From Candidatus Saccharimonadales bacterium (GTDB lineage Bacteria; Patescibacteriota; Saccharimonadia; Saccharimonadales; JANWIN01), in NCBI GenBank assembly GCA_025449905.1, contig JANWIN010000012.1, positions 45,318 through 109,317 on the forward strand: 64,000 nt of DNA, written 5' to 3'. Below the pieces are notes generated by a model. The model worked only from the letters and a program-made list of their open reading frames with translations. It did no database searches and had not been told where the DNA came from. Every line of letters starts with the position of its first letter. Within the stretch, counting starts at the first letter, position 1. Below, one piece after another: positions 63,755-64,000 of the stretch. Both the position numbers and the translations under genes were made by a program.

Positions 63755-63831
63755 GCCCGCGTAGCTCAGCGGATTAGAGCGCTTGTCTTCGGAACAAGAG
63801 GCCGTAGGTTCGAATCCTTCCGCGGGTACCA
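63755..63831 (+). tRNA. tRNA-Arg (UCG)
   Basis: Acceptor gcccgcg/cgcgggt, anticodon stem cttgt/acaag, loop cuUCGga, CCA; TATAAT at 63741-63746. Confidence 0.9.
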
Positions 63832-63875
63832 GCAGTGGCATGATGACTTTTCATCGTCCTGCCGCTGCTTTTATT
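63832..63875 (+). terminator. intrinsic terminator after tRNA-Arg
   Basis: agcagtggca...tgccgctgct long stem with inner gatga-cttt-tcatc, followed by TTTTATTT. Confidence 0.6.
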
Positions 63876-63877
63876 TG

Positions 63878-63917
63878 GATGAGAACCGTAAAGGTTCGTC
63901 GAATGACTATTAGCGTA
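63878..63917 (+). repeat. diverged partial third copy of the intergenic repeat
   Basis: gatgagaaccgtaaaggttcgtc...ttagcgta vs gatgagaaaaaccgtaggtttgtc...ttagcgta. Confidence 0.4.
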
Positions 63918-63978
63918 AAATAAAAAGTTATTGCATAGTAAAGTTTTTGGAGTATTATTTACATAGGAGAATTTACTT

Positions 63979-64000
63979 ATGCTACAGGTAGGGATGAGTT
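63979..64000 (+). CDS. 5' end of unidentified CDS (runs out of window)
   Basis: TTGCAT-16-TATTAT promoter (63931-63958), AGGAG RBS, ATG 63979. Confidence 0.4.

Noticed and set aside
1-64000. CRISPR arrays, rRNA operons, transposases/integrases, and UGA recoding (code 25/4)
   Set aside because: I saw no regularly spaced direct repeats and no rRNA-like or IS-like sequences. TGA clearly functions as a stop at several coupled ATGA junctions (dnaK/orf82 and the rimK operon), so the standard code applies.

Overview
Dense, mostly housekeeping 64 kb window from a small-genome bacterium. By eye it is about 45% GC and uses the standard genetic code. Gene content suggests a Patescibacteria/CPR organism, most like Saccharibacteria; this is inference only. 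The supporting features are a type IV pilus cluster, a short ComEC, an HTH-MurA fusion, a truncated HrcA and many short unknown membrane proteins. I call about 75 CDS. They include tsaC, dus, aroB-like, tilS, ftsH, murJ, lepA, hrcA-grpE-dnaK-dnaJ, rimK, comEC, yebC, ruvCAB, pilMNO/pilins/pilC/pilB, recA-recX, tsaE-tsaB, rny, a P1B ATPase, murA, glyA and murB. There are 10 tRNA genes, all with an encoded CCA, two CIRCE operators, and several promoters and terminators. I saw no rRNA, CRISPR array or obvious mobile element. Main hunt results: (1) The 12-bp palindrome TTAACATGTTAA occurs 6 times perfectly and twice with one mismatch, mostly inside unrelated conserved genes and exactly at two convergent gene junctions. 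This looks like a DNA-uptake-sequence or chromosome-organising site. (2) Three unknown ORFs are translationally coupled inside the hrcA-grpE-dnaK-dnaJ operon. (3) A coupled DUF1704-like metallopeptidase, RimB-like aspartic protease and RimK glutamate ligase operon sits next to a stand-alone degenerate GGDEF protein. (4) A 46-bp three-dyad palindromic element is present in two copies with identical geometry. (5) A roughly 97-bp intergenic repeat lies upstream of recA and of a membrane protein gene. (6) Many genes have a TGnTAnnnT -10 box 6-12 nt before the ATG with no SD, implying leaderless mRNAs. All functional calls come from motif recognition by eye; no searches were run.
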